This document shows, piece by piece, positions 13,215-24,810 of a stretch of DNA of 64,000 nt. A model generated the notes under the pieces. That model was given only the letters and a program-made list of their open reading frames with translations, searched no databases and was not told the DNA's origin. Source of the stretch: Nemertoderma westbladi (taxonomy: Eukaryota; Animalia; Xenacoelomorpha); NCBI GenBank assembly GCA_032718475.1, contig JAUCBJ010007725.1:62001-126000 (forward strand), read 5' to 3'. Position 1 is the stretch's first letter. Every line of letters starts with the position of its first letter. A program made the position numbers and the translations under genes.

Positions 13215-14117
13215 TCAGGGCAGCGAACGGTCGGAGATCGTAGAGAAACATTTAACGCGACTGAAATAGAAGGGGGGATATAAAGCGGAGTCATGGACTC
13301 CTAGAGGAGTGATTAGGGAGTCCTGTTGGAGTGGGGAGCCAGATCGGTAGACCGTCTGGAGACTGTAGGACTTCCAGGAGAGCTTGCAATGCGGCCGGTG
13401 TCTAACCGGCGAGATGGTCAACTCGAGGTAGAAGACCTGCTCGCCCGGGGGCGTCTGTGCCCGTCGGTAACGGGGGGCCGAGCGACAGACCGCGAGGATC
13501 CGGTCGCCCACCAGCTTGTACTGGCCGGACGCGAGGCCGGACAGCCTGGCGGCGGGCTCCCGCAGTCTGGGGACCACCAGAGCGGGGTCCTCGGTGGTGG
13601 TGACCACGAGGACGACCCCCTCGGCGGGGAGGAACCGCAGCAGGCGGTAGTAGCGGACGGTGTGCCACTCGGCGTAGAAGCCGCAGCCGGTCGCCTCGCC
13701 CTGCCGCATGTAGGTGACCCGGGAGACGTAGACCCCGTGGCCGTAGACGTGGGGTCGCGTCAGGTATGCCTGTCGCCAGGACGACGACGGGGCGGGGATA
13801 CCGCTCGAGGGTCTACCGAGCGCTCGCGTACAGACGCGTCGCCACAGATCGGAGTCGCGAGCGCAGCGATAGAACCCGCGGCACACACGAGACACCGACT
13901 CTAAGGAGTGGACGTCGAGATGGGAGGAGACGACCCAGGAGAGAATCAGCAGGAATACCTCGAGCGGGAGGCGGGAGATGTGGGTGGCTGTCTGGGGGGT
14001 CGCTAGGGTACAGATACCGTAGGAGGTGTCGTCGTCTAGTCGCAGACTGGCTACGTTATCCACAGCCTCGGTAGCTGTCGTGTCGTCGCTGTAGTTACAA
14101 TCAATAACGTCTTCGGC
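13215..14117 (-). CDS. FBXO9: F-box only protein 9, exon 2 (F-box and C-terminal domain); spliced protein ~436 aa
   Basis: Acceptor ttcctccag|GCC at 14118, in frame with the 282-aa ORF; F-box HISRLPLEVFLLILSWVVS..SLESVSRVCRGFYRCARDSDLWR; GVYVSRVTYMRQGE, WHTVRYYRLLRF and PPFYFSRVK motifs; 200-bp intron. Confidence 0.92.
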   Translation of the reverse strand, partial: AEDVIDCNYSDDTTATEAVDNVASLRLDDDTSYGICTLATPQTATHISRLPLEVFLLILSWVVSSHLDVHSLESVSRVCRGFYRCARDSDLWRRVCTRALGRPSSGIPAPSSSWRQAYLTRPHVYGHGVYVSRVTYMRQGEATGCGFYAEWHTVRYYRLLRFLPAEGVVLVVTTTEDPALVVPRLREPAARLSGLASGQYKLVGDRILAVCRSAPRYRRAQTPPGEQVFYLELTISPVRHRPHCKLSWKSYSLQTVYRSGSPLQQDSLITPLGVHDSALYPPFYFSRVKCFSTISDRSLP

Positions 14118-14317
14118 CTGGAGGAATAAACATACGATTCTTATAGGGTGAACGGAGGGGAGGGGGGGGGGGGGGGGGGGGGGGGTAATAAATAATCTTG
14201 ATAATCAAAACAATCACATGTTACATTCTAAATATTTATTTATTATTAATCTAACTATCTAACTAGTTAGTAACTAAGTGTTCCTTTCCGTTCCCAAATA
14301 TATAATGTAAACCCCAC

Positions 14318-14725
14318 CTTGGGTTCCTCTTGGAATATACTGAGGACACTGTAATCGATCTGGGATTCTATATCCGGAACCAACTGTATCGCGTTTCTAT
14401 AGAAACTAATCGCCTCGTACAACTGGCCGTCTCTCTCGGCCTGGATCCCGAGGATAAAGAGGAATTTGGCGCGGTCCACGCGCGACTCAACCAGCGCGGC
14501 GTTGGTAGCCACGATCTCGCGTACGCTGCGCGTTCCCAACTCCTCCTTCCATTGGCTACGGAAGGCCGTCAGCGCAGCCTCTAGCGGACTCGCGGGTGTT
14601 GGCGTCGAGGTGTCTGCAGTAGAGGAGACGCTGTCGGCGCGAAGGGAACGGCGGGTGGCGTAGCCGCAATCACTGGAGGGGCTCCCGATCCAGGATTCCT
14701 CTGCTGACGATTCGCCATCCGACAT
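14318..14725 (-). CDS. FBXO9: F-box only protein 9, exon 1 (N-terminal TPR-like segment)
   Basis: ATG at 14725 (MSDGESS...); LTAFRSQWKEEL and AKFLFILGIQAERDGQLYEAISFYRNAIQLVPDIE match the FBXO9/Hrt3 N-terminus; donor AAG|GTGGGG at 14317; 136 codons, phase 0. Confidence 0.9.
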
Positions 14726-17700
14726 GGCTGCAGCAGAATTGTTCAGACCACAGAAACGTTTACCGTAATGATTACCGGTATCGGTGAGCTCTCTGGCTAT
14801 ATACAAAGATAAACCAACTTGAGTTGCAACAGATGGTATATTTTGCTCGGAAGTTCTGTCTGATTTATTGCCGGTCAGAAATATAGGAAGGCAGACTTTG
14901 GCGCGAGCAGAGCTTGTTTATTTCTGTATTTAAATATTTAGCAGATGATAATTGCGGGTTTGGGTTTTCCGGTTGGATTTTAGCGAAGAATATTTAGCAA
15001 ATAAACTGGAACTTATATGATATTAGTAGGAATAATAGTTTATACGAAATATCTCGATCGGAATAACAAACCACGGTGTTGGTAAGATGAGATTCAGTGA
15101 GGCATTTTGTAATCGCGGCCATGGTATCAGGTATGATAAGACGAAACTGTTGATACGCCAGGACGCAGGTAGTAGGGTAGGTAGTAGCAGGTACCGCACC
15201 GTACGAATAATACAGTAATATCAGAATATAACGTGACAATAATCTGGTAGCATGGTAGGCCTAGCCTAATGAATGCTGGAATGATTATATTCGAGGTTAT
15301 TTGTGTACGGATACGATAACACATTTAGTAAGTAAGACAGTAGTCCCACCGGAAGAGTAGCAGATAATTTTCACACCCCACGCCCGCCCGCAAAAATAAA
15401 ATAAAATGGCAATATTTACATCTACGGTATAGTCTTTGTAATACTATTTATGTGAGGTAGTAGGTATATTTGGTATTATGTACGGTATCAAAGTTATGAT
15501 TAATTAAAAAATAGGTACTACAAAGTAAAATGGCAATATTTAGCCTAACCTAAACTACTGTATAATTAAGCTAATTTTATAATGTCATTTAAATGGAAGT
15601 TCAGTCCAAAATTAATTAGTACAACGATGGACAGATTGATTAGTCTTACTGTCTTAGCTCAACTGCTCAATCACTCAATGTAATACTTGGAATATTTAGC
15701 AAAGTTTGCTCCGAGCTTCTGCAGTATCAATTGCAGAAGCCGAACCGAACCGAAATTGCCAAACTTCGGCCCAAACCGAACCCGAAGGTTCTATTGAGCC
15801 CTAGTTCTGACTGAGGAGGTCGGGCTCGTCATTAGTTTATTTAACATTGATTTATCCATAGCCATATGTATGGCCTTCACGCCACTGAGTTCCAAGTAGG
15901 CCTAACAGCCAAGGGAGAGAGAGGATGTCGCCTTTCACCAGGCAGCCAGGTGTTTCACGTATTGCAGTATTGACGTATTACTTCAGTACTTGTTTGATGA
16001 TTCAGTATCAGTACAGTACTCGCCCATTACAAACCTCGTTGTGCTGTTCACAGCCACAGGACACAGGGTCATGTACGTACATATCTGACTGACCGCCAAG
16101 ATCTGAAGATAGCTAGAATAGGCATATACTGATATCAGATATAGAGCAAGGTGCACATAACTGCATAACAAACGTTGAAATGTTCCGGTTGAAGGGTTAT
16201 GGTGCGTTAGGCTGTTAGGCTGCTTGTACTGTACAACTGTAATCAGAATGGTCTATCAGTAGGTTTGTAGTACAGTAGTAGCCATAGTTCGTACAAAATA
16301 TGAATATAACATTGTTGGCGAAAAAGAAATGTGAAACCTCATTTCACAGATGACAGAAATAGCACATTGGTAACACTTCCATTCTCTGTCTGGAATTGGT
16401 GATTGGTTGGTGCATCATAATTGGTTATTTTGATCAGAGCAAATTTTGAGTCTGCATTGCTGCATTGCCTACCATATTTCCGGAATTGTGCTTGGTACAC
16501 CAACCAATTCCGGACAAGCCCTGACTGCCAGAAACCTGACTCAAAAAAAGAATACGGTACCCCTGTACCCAGCCCCACCCACAAGGTCAGAAGGTGGCAC
16601 TGGCAGACTGGGCAATTGCTGCATTGATGTTTGTGTTTTATGGCTGTGTAGGGGTATGGAGCGTTCCTAACAGTGCAAAATGCAAAGAAACGCATGCGAT
16701 TAAAGCGAAGTGAGCGAAATTTTTGGTGGCAAATTATTTTTCTCACTTTGAATTGAATGCATGTAAACTTTTTTACACCTCATCCAGTCACCAGTGCCAG
16801 TCATCCACCCAGCTGTCAGCCTGTACGCGCACTTTACGACTTTTGATCTTTTGCACAGATTACTGCGCACTTTTGTTGTCTTTTAGCCTACATAATTTCG
16901 CGCACTTTTATTTTAATTCCGCGCGCTTTTACCGCGCACTATTTCAAATACGCGCACCGCACAACGCGTTGCGATTTTTGCACTTCATTTGCAGCCTGGC
17001 CGGTACGCCAACAGGCTGACAGGACCAACGTGCAACGTCCAGGGTCCAGACCAGCAGATTGTCAGACGTCACGTCACAACTCGCAACCTGACAACAATAA
17101 ATGAATACATAGGGGTCCGTGTCCGTCTAAAAGCCACATCGGACCCAATCGGTACCACATCGTACCAAATCGGACCACATCGGACCACATCGGGGCCACA
17201 TCGGACCACATCGGGGCCACATCGGAGCCACATCGGCCACAAAATAGCAATTTAGGATGTAAATAACAAGTTCCAGCACCAACTGATCAAACTCATATCA
17301 GTAATTCAGTAATTGTTTTGCTTGCTGACAACAGGTCAGGCTGGTAACCGGTACTGCACTGCAGTAGGTACTAGATACTAGAATATCTAATGCAGAGACT
17401 ATTGCCCCTACTTATACAGTACTGTACCCATCTGCAGGTATACACAATGAGCTTGGCAGTTATTGTATTTGTATAATTATACTATACTATACTGTACTAT
17501 ATACTGACTGACTGATATCAGGATATATCTGTATATAACACATGCACTAGAGACTATCTTCAGTTCTCCAGTCCTCGGAAGGGAAGGCAAGAAGTTTGAA
17601 AGAGAAAACGTTATCAATGCATTGTTTGAAATAATTTGAAACGGGGGGGGGGGGGGGGGGGGGGACTGGACGCAAATCCCATCTTGGCGAATTAATATCC

Positions 17701-18309
17701 CGCCTCAATGTTATATTCTCAATTTAGGGAAAGGAGCAGGTTGCAGTGGCACGTTATATTATCGGTACCACATCGGACCCAATCGGTACCACATCGGACC
17801 CAATCGGTACCACACCGTTCTCAAAAAGGTTCCAAGCCAGACTCAAAAGGTACCAGCCCGGACCAAAGCTACTGGTCGCAATCAGCACCGATGTGGCTCC
17901 GATGTGGCACCGATTGGGTCCGAATTGGTAGTGATTTTCTTATTATTTTGGTTAATGCAACACACATGTAACTGTAAGCGTAACCTGTTATTTTACTTTA
18001 GTCTGTTTTATTTATTTATGTTTTTTAATTTGGCATAATGATATAATGTAATACCAAAAAAATACCAACATCTAGGAGGAGAAGAGTGTTTTGTACGCTT
18101 GATGACAATTGAATTCCCAATAGACTGTATGGTTTAAGAATTCCATGGCGTTTTATCACCGAACATCTAATTGTCAATCGAAAGAGACATTGTAGTAACA
18201 CGATATGCGATCCGAGGATTCAATCATGCAACATATTCTTCCACCAATCGGAATGGACTGTGGAGTCGTCTGGGATCTCTGGATCATGTGCGGTACGGAT
18301 TAGGTCTGA

Positions 18310-19112
18310 CCGGGTCTGATGTGGTAGCGATTAGGTTCGATGTGAACCCGATTGGGTCCGATGTGGTACCGATTTGGTCTGATGTGGTACCCATTTGGTC
18401 CAATGTGGTACCCATTTGGTCCGATGTGGTACCCATATGGTCCGATATGGTACCCAATTGATCCGATGTGGTACCGATTTGGTCCAATGTGGTACCGATT
18501 TGGTCCGATGTGGTACCGATGTGGTACCGATTGGGTCCGATGTGGTACCGATTGGGTCCGATGTGGTACCCATAAGGTCCGATGTGATACCGATTTGGTC
18601 CGATTTGGTACCGATTGGGTCCGATGTGGTGCCGATTTGTTCCAATGTCGTACCGATGTGGTACCGATTTGGTCTGATGTGGTACCCATTTGGTCCAATG
18701 TGGTACCCATTTGGTCCGATGTGGTACCCATATGGTCCGATATGGTACCCATTTGATCCGATGTGGTACCGATTTGGTCCAATGTGGTACCGATTTGGTC
18801 CGATGTGGTACCGATTGGGTCCGATGTGGTACCGATTGGGTCCGATGTGGTACCCATAAGGTCCGATGTGATACTGATTTGGTCCGATTTGGTACTGATT
18901 GGGTCCGATGTGGTGCCGATTTGTTCCAATGTCGTACCGATGTGGTACCGATTGGGTCCGATGTGGTACCCATTTGGTCCAATGTGGTACCCATTTGGTC
19001 CGATGTGGTACCCATATGGTCCGATATGGTACCCATTTGATCCGATGTGGTACCGATTTGGTCCAATGTGGTACCGATTTGGTCCGATGTGGTACCGATG
19101 TGGTACCGATTG
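18310..19112. repeat. 21-bp tandem array (ccgatgtggtaccgatttggt) with higher-order structure, part of the Foldback-like element
   Basis: Same unit occurs in both TIRs and at 17760-17810 and 29680-29760; explains the many repetitive ORFs here. Confidence 0.95.
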
Positions 19113-20800
19113 GCCAGGTTGGAATTTATGTAGAGTTTGCTCAACATGTGTGGCGCGGATTAAGGATCCTGGCGCGTAGTGACAGGGGCGTGTGGCGCGG
19201 ATTAAGGATCCTGGCGCGTAGTGACAGGGGCGTGTGGCGCGCATTGAGGATCCTGACGGTCCTGGCGCGAATATGGATGTACCGATGTAGGGTTAGGTTA
19301 GGTTAGGTCAGTAGGAGGTAGCGTAGCAGTGCACTAGCAACACATCCCACTCTACAGCTCTATTTGAAATTATTCCATAGGTTTAAATAAGATTCGCACA
19401 AGAATGTCCGCTCGCTTCGCTCGCGTTTATACTGCAGAGTCTGACTCTTAGTAGGCCTACTGTCTGGCTGTGGACAAATGGAAACGGACAGATTGAGCAT
19501 GACCATTAGAAACATGACTTACTTGTTTCAAAAGTTCTTCTCAATCTGTCAGATTCTTCAAACCAATAATACCATGACCATTAAACAACATGACTTATTG
19601 TTTCAAAAGTTTTTCAATTGTCAGATTCTTCAAACAATAAAACCATGACAGCCTGCATGATTCAGCAGAATTCCGTGCTCGCTACGCTCGCGCTAGCTCG
19701 CAGTTTAATGACATCTGCATTTGCTGTATTTGAAAACAGTCGGTTTGCCAACTTTAAATGTGTAAATTTAAATGTTAAAATTTTCGTGCTCGCTGCGCTC
19801 GCATCTTGGTCACATCTGCATTGGTAAAAACAGTCAGTTGACGTTGACCTACTACCGTAATTCGGGCAGTCGGGGTGACTTGATACAGTTTTTGCCTTTA
19901 ACTGTGAATATCTTCTGAAGTTTTTATCCTACACAGATGGAATAAAAAGAAAATTTTATAGTCGGGATGAGTACTACACCACTAGACTAAAGCACTATTT
20001 CAGGTGCTTAGTCTAGTGGTGTTTTTTTCGTAAAAACCAGCTGTATCAAGTCACCCCACATAACGGGGTGACTTGATACACAAGCAAATTTTCCGCAATA
20101 ATACCACTCTGTGAATGAGTTTGGATCATGTTGTAGGCTGTGGGGGTGACTTGATACATCTTGGAAATTTTAAAAAAAGAACGAAGTCCCCACCTAACGG
20201 GGATATAAAATTATGGCTAAAATTAAAAATAACTCCATTTTTTATGGCAAAATATTTCATATTTAACAAGTTAAATTGCACTTTAAAAACGAAAAAGACC
20301 TTCATTGTATAGTGACATCCTGACACCAGTAAGTAAGACAATACATTTTAGAAAAAACTGGAAACTAAAACAATGAATTTAAGCACAAATTTTGCAAATT
20401 TAAGGTTTAAGTAAAGATAAAATACTTTAGAAAATTTAACATATAACAATATTTAACAAGTTAAATTGAAGTTTAAAAACGAAAAAGACTTTCATTGCAT
20501 TGTGACATCCTGACACCAGTAAATAAGACAAAACATTTTAGAAAAAACTGCAAACTAAATCAATGAATTTAAGCACAAATTTTGCAAAATCAACGTTTAA
20601 GTCACAGGTATCAGAACATTTTCGCCTACATTATACCATATATATGTATCAAGTCACCCCATTTTGAGACACACTTTCAAAAAACGGGCACTCCACCCCC
20701 AATTCATATGAAAATTTGTAAATTTTTTTTAGGATCATAATATTCAAACTCATCTATTAGCATCTGTAAAAATAATTTTTGAACAACATTAACCCAGTGT

Positions 20801-21942
20801 TCTACGATATCGCATACTTGGCAATAAACGAAGCGTTAGAATAATGGAGGATAATGCCTACGACACCGATGGGGTAGAACCTCATACAGACTCAGATACC
20901 GACGAGGTCCCAAATGTTAAAAATATGGCACGCCGGTTGGGCGCTCTCAAAGGCGGGGTCACTCGAGCCTATAACCGCATCGAAAAACAACTAAAGGGAG
21001 TTGAGACCCCCCTCAGCGACATACAAACTCAGCTACAAAAAATCCGAGGTATCCTCCAACGATACAAATGAATGATACAAGCATATCAGGAACTCATTCC
21101 CGCAACCGATCTGGAAAACTACCCCAGAATGGAGGATCCTACTGCACATTTGGAAGAGTTCCGTAAACAACATCGGAGGACCCTCAGCCTCGTGAGAGGT
21201 TATGAGGAACAATACTACAAAAGGACAGAAAGGGCGGGCGTGGAATCAGTGCGGACCTCCCTCCGGTACCAGGACATTGGTTCCGAGAAAAAGGACTGGG
21301 TCCTCGAGGCACCAGCACTCCAGCGCCAGAAGTGAGGTATCCGGATCAGCGCGTAGTTCCCAAGGGGGTCAACCCCTCCGAGACCAGCTACAAGAAAAGA
21401 GGACACTGGCCCTTAAAGCCCGAATGGAAGATGAATACATTCAATTACAGATCGAACAGGACGTACTAGCAGAGGAAAGACATAAACAGGAGGCCGAACT
21501 ACAGGCCGAAAGACATAAACAAGAGGCCGAAATACAGGCCGAAAGACGTAAACAAGAGGCCGAACAACGTAAACAAGAGGCCGAACAATGTAAACAAGAG
21601 GCCAAACAACAGGCTGAAATACGTAAACAAGAGGCCAAACAGCAGGCCGAAATATATAGACAAGAGGCCAAACAACAGGCCGAAATACGTAAACAAGAGG
21701 CTGAAAGGAATAGACAAGAGGCCGAACAACAGGCCAAAATACGTAAACGAGAGGTTGAACAACAGGCCGAAATACGTAAACAAGAGACCGAAATGCGTAA
21801 ACGAAATGCCGAGGCCCAAGCAATTCTTATTCACAAAAAGAATGCGGATATCGCTAAACTCGCAGACTACGAAGCCGCACTCATTGAACAAGACCTTCAA
21901 CTGTACAAGGACTGGAAAGGGGTATAGAACAGGACTATGAAC
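20801..21942 (+). pseudogene. Degenerate BEL/Pao-like gag N-terminal fragment with coiled-coil 33-nt repeats
   Basis: Broken ORFs 20844-21071, 21072-21335, 21202-21927; RRLGALKGGVTRAYNRI resembles BEL gag N-termini (cf. KRQRFTQRGKVTKL at 22564 ORF); (KQEAEQQAEIR)n; flanked by a 613-bp direct duplication. Confidence 0.5.
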
Positions 21943-22094
21943 CCCCACCTAACGGGGATATAAAATTATGGCTAAAATTAAAAATAACTCCATTTTTTAT
22001 GGCAAAATATTTCATATTTAACAAGTTAAATTGCACTTTAAAAACGAAAAAGACCTTCATTGTATAGTGACATCCTGACACCAGTAAGTAAGAC

Positions 22095-22346
22095 TGTGAA
22101 ATATTATTTTCACTTTACCTACCTTTTTGGTTATACTGTAGGTTTTTAGCAGTATCTTATCTGAGTTTTGTGGTTCACATTCAGACTGCTTGTTACCTAC
22201 CGGTTTTTGGTGTTTATATACCTGATACCTATTTTACTGTATTACAGTATTACCTATATTGCTCGGAGTTTCCTGACAAATATATACATACAGATATATG
22301 CATACGATTATGATTTTCATATCTTTATTCGTACCAGTATTCTACA
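22095..22346 (+). repeat. 5' LTR
   Basis: tgtgaaatatt...ccagtattctaca, duplicated at 28422-28673. Confidence 0.95.
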
Positions 22347-22563
22347 TTCTTCGAACCGGATCTGACAATCCTTTGGTTTTACATACATGCTGAGCAACTG
22401 CTGAACTTATACTATGTCAGTTAGGTATTGCTCTGATGTCAGCCAGTAACAGACTGACGTTTGCATTTTCTTCTGTACCGGCACCCGGATTGGTGACCGG
22501 TATCGCGGTACGGTACTAAACGCCGCCTTTCAGCCTTTACTTTATTGCAATTAAAACTGAACA

Positions 22564-24810
22564 ATGCAGTCTGGTCCTGGTAAGGACAATCTAGATATTC
22601 CTGATCCTGACGGTAGCAATACCGGTACTGATAAAATCGATACTCTAAAACGACAGCGGTTTACTCAACGGGGGAAAGTGACAAAACTTATGGGAGATTT
22701 GGATGAATTTCTAACCCAAAATGAGTCAGATATTGATTGCGATGAGTTGGCCTACATTGTAGAATTGGGTGATCAGGATTATCAAATACTTAATAGAATT
22801 GAATCTGAACTGCTACATTTAGGCTTTCAGGATACAACTAAGTCTAATCATGCTCGAGACTTACATAAGAAATTATTTAAATGTAGGCGTATTCTGTCCC
22901 GTATAGACAACCCTGGTTTTCATGGGCGTGAAGATGACAGGGAGAGTACTGCTTCATCAAAAACCAATACCGGTACTGGTAGTTCAACCGGTACCAGTGG
23001 CCTGCCAAAGATAACCCTACCTGTTTTTAATGGTGAATACCTATCATGGCGCCCTTTTTGGGATCAGTTTTTAGCCTTAATCCATAATCGTGAAGGTTTA
23101 TCTGATGTCCAAAAGTTCGTATACCTTCGTAGTAGCCTGGCAAAAGACGTTCTAGATTCACTTTCAGGCCTATCTGTGTCTTCTGTAAATTACCAGGCAG
23201 CTATTTCCAGTCTTCAACGCCGTTATGGAAATCCGAACCTGTTAATAGGTCTTTATGCTAGTAGGCTTTGTTCATTACCTACGGTCAGAGATAACGATTT
23301 ATCAGGCTTTCGTAAAGTAATGGACACATTTGAGTCATCACTCAGAGAAATTCGTCAATTATCAATTGAAATTAAGGTTAGTACCGGTACCAGTAATAGT
23401 CTTAGTCCTGATTCTGGTGACATTCCTGCTACTATTGCGATCGGTACCGGTACCCCTGCACTTAGTGATACTTCTGGTGACTTAACTTCCCTACTCCTAG
23501 CCCCCCTTTTACTACAGAAATTGCCCTCTGAGGTAGTGTTGGTTTGGAATCGGACCCACCCGAATGAAAGGTTTAATTTAGATGCCTTGCTTGAATTTAT
23601 TAGACTAGAATTGGAATTTCGAGAGTCTATGGCCTTTAATACAAAAAACTGTGGTTCTTTGGCTTCTACTTCCCAACATTCATTAAGTTATCCTAAACCG
23701 AAACTCTCTTCGACATCTGCCTTGCCACTATCTGATGCATTTCATAATAGGCAGTCACCATGTCCAGGGTGTAATTCTACTGATAAATTCCACAAGTTAA
23801 GAACCTGCTCTACTTTACTGGCAAAGGAACCTACTGACAGGTATCGGCTTATTAAAAGTGCTGGTTTGTGTTCTAATTGTCTGGGTCTTCACAATTCCAA
23901 GCAATGTCCATCCCAGTCAACTTGTCAGTTTTGCAATAAACGCCACAATAGCATTTTATGCTTTAAGAATGCTAATTCGGGTAAGGATAGTAATTCCCAT
24001 TTGTCTACAGTACATGGGACAACCCCTAAAGCCTCTCAACGTCACATGGTGTCAGGAAGTCGGACAACTCCAAATAAATTACCCACGACTACTTCAATCC
24101 AGTCATTATGGCCTCCACTTCAGCCAACTTCAAGTCCATCTGTTACTGCAACTTTACCGGTTGGTTCAGATGAGGTGGATGTTGACTCCGCTGTATTTTT
24201 AAAAATTGCCAAAGCTCATATTAAAACGCCATCTCTTTCACAAGTTCCTACTGACCTATCTTCAGGATCAGGATGCTGGATACATGCATATATAGATGAT
24301 GGCTCGAAAAAATCATATATTCTTGGGAATTTGGCTAATGCATTAAATCTACCAGTTATAGAATCAAGAGTACTTTCAACTGGTGCCTTTGCTAATCAGA
24401 TTACTACTGCACTTTCTCACCGTGTCCAGTTCCATGTCTATAGTCAGTACTTCCAAAATTATATATCTTTGACTGCTTGGACTGCTGAAGCTTTGTGTCC
24501 AACTATGCGACAAGAGCATATAACTTTATTTCCAATTTCTATGTCCCCATATAATAATTACTGGGCTGATGACTTTGATGGTGGCCAAAGGGACATTTCC
24601 CTTATAATTGGTGCAGATAATCTTTGGCAAGTTACTGCTGACCAGTACCGAGAAAGGGATTGTCCGGTAGTTATCGATACCTTTTTTGGTCGTGTACTCA
24701 GTGGTCCGTTAAACCAGTCCTCTTTTAAATCCTCAGATAAATATCCAGATCCATCCCTATTGGCCATGGATGTGGAACCACCGGAACTCTCACAGCTATG
24801 GAACCTCTAG
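22564..24810 (+). CDS. gag: BEL/Pao Gag + aspartic protease (748 aa), ending at an in-frame TAG
   Basis: LPKITLPVFNGEYLSWRPFWDQF (DUF1759-type), three Cys/His knuckles (CPGC..H..C, CSNC..H..C, CQFC..H..C), protease-like AYIDDGSKKSYI and LIIGAD. Confidence 0.9.
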   Translation: MQSGPGKDNLDIPDPDGSNTGTDKIDTLKRQRFTQRGKVTKLMGDLDEFLTQNESDIDCDELAYIVELGDQDYQILNRIESELLHLGFQDTTKSNHARDLHKKLFKCRRILSRIDNPGFHGREDDRESTASSKTNTGTGSSTGTSGLPKITLPVFNGEYLSWRPFWDQFLALIHNREGLSDVQKFVYLRSSLAKDVLDSLSGLSVSSVNYQAAISSLQRRYGNPNLLIGLYASRLCSLPTVRDNDLSGFRKVMDTFESSLREIRQLSIEIKVSTGTSNSLSPDSGDIPATIAIGTGTPALSDTSGDLTSLLLAPLLLQKLPSEVVLVWNRTHPNERFNLDALLEFIRLELEFRESMAFNTKNCGSLASTSQHSLSYPKPKLSSTSALPLSDAFHNRQSPCPGCNSTDKFHKLRTCSTLLAKEPTDRYRLIKSAGLCSNCLGLHNSKQCPSQSTCQFCNKRHNSILCFKNANSGKDSNSHLSTVHGTTPKASQRHMVSGSRTTPNKLPTTTSIQSLWPPLQPTSSPSVTATLPVGSDEVDVDSAVFLKIAKAHIKTPSLSQVPTDLSSGSGCWIHAYIDDGSKKSYILGNLANALNLPVIESRVLSTGAFANQITTALSHRVQFHVYSQYFQNYISLTAWTAEALCPTMRQEHITLFPISMSPYNNYWADDFDGGQRDISLIIGADNLWQVTADQYRERDCPVVIDTFFGRVLSGPLNQSSFKSSDKYPDPSLLAMDVEPPELSQLWNL

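Noticed and set aside
13326-14074. Plus-strand ORFs of 192 aa and 102 aa
   Set aside because: Antisense shadows of the GC-rich FBXO9 exon
14726-14806. Upstream TTG start of the 179-aa ORF and read-through to 14267
   Set aside because: ATG at 14725 and the splice donor at 14317 give a coherent FBXO9 model
18171-19306. Many long overlapping ORFs (287 aa, 314 aa etc.)
   Set aside because: Translations of a stop-poor 21-bp tandem repeat, open in nearly all frames
19288-19307. (TTAGG)n telomere-like run
   Set aside because: Only about three units, inside a transposon; not a telomere and too weak to assign taxonomy
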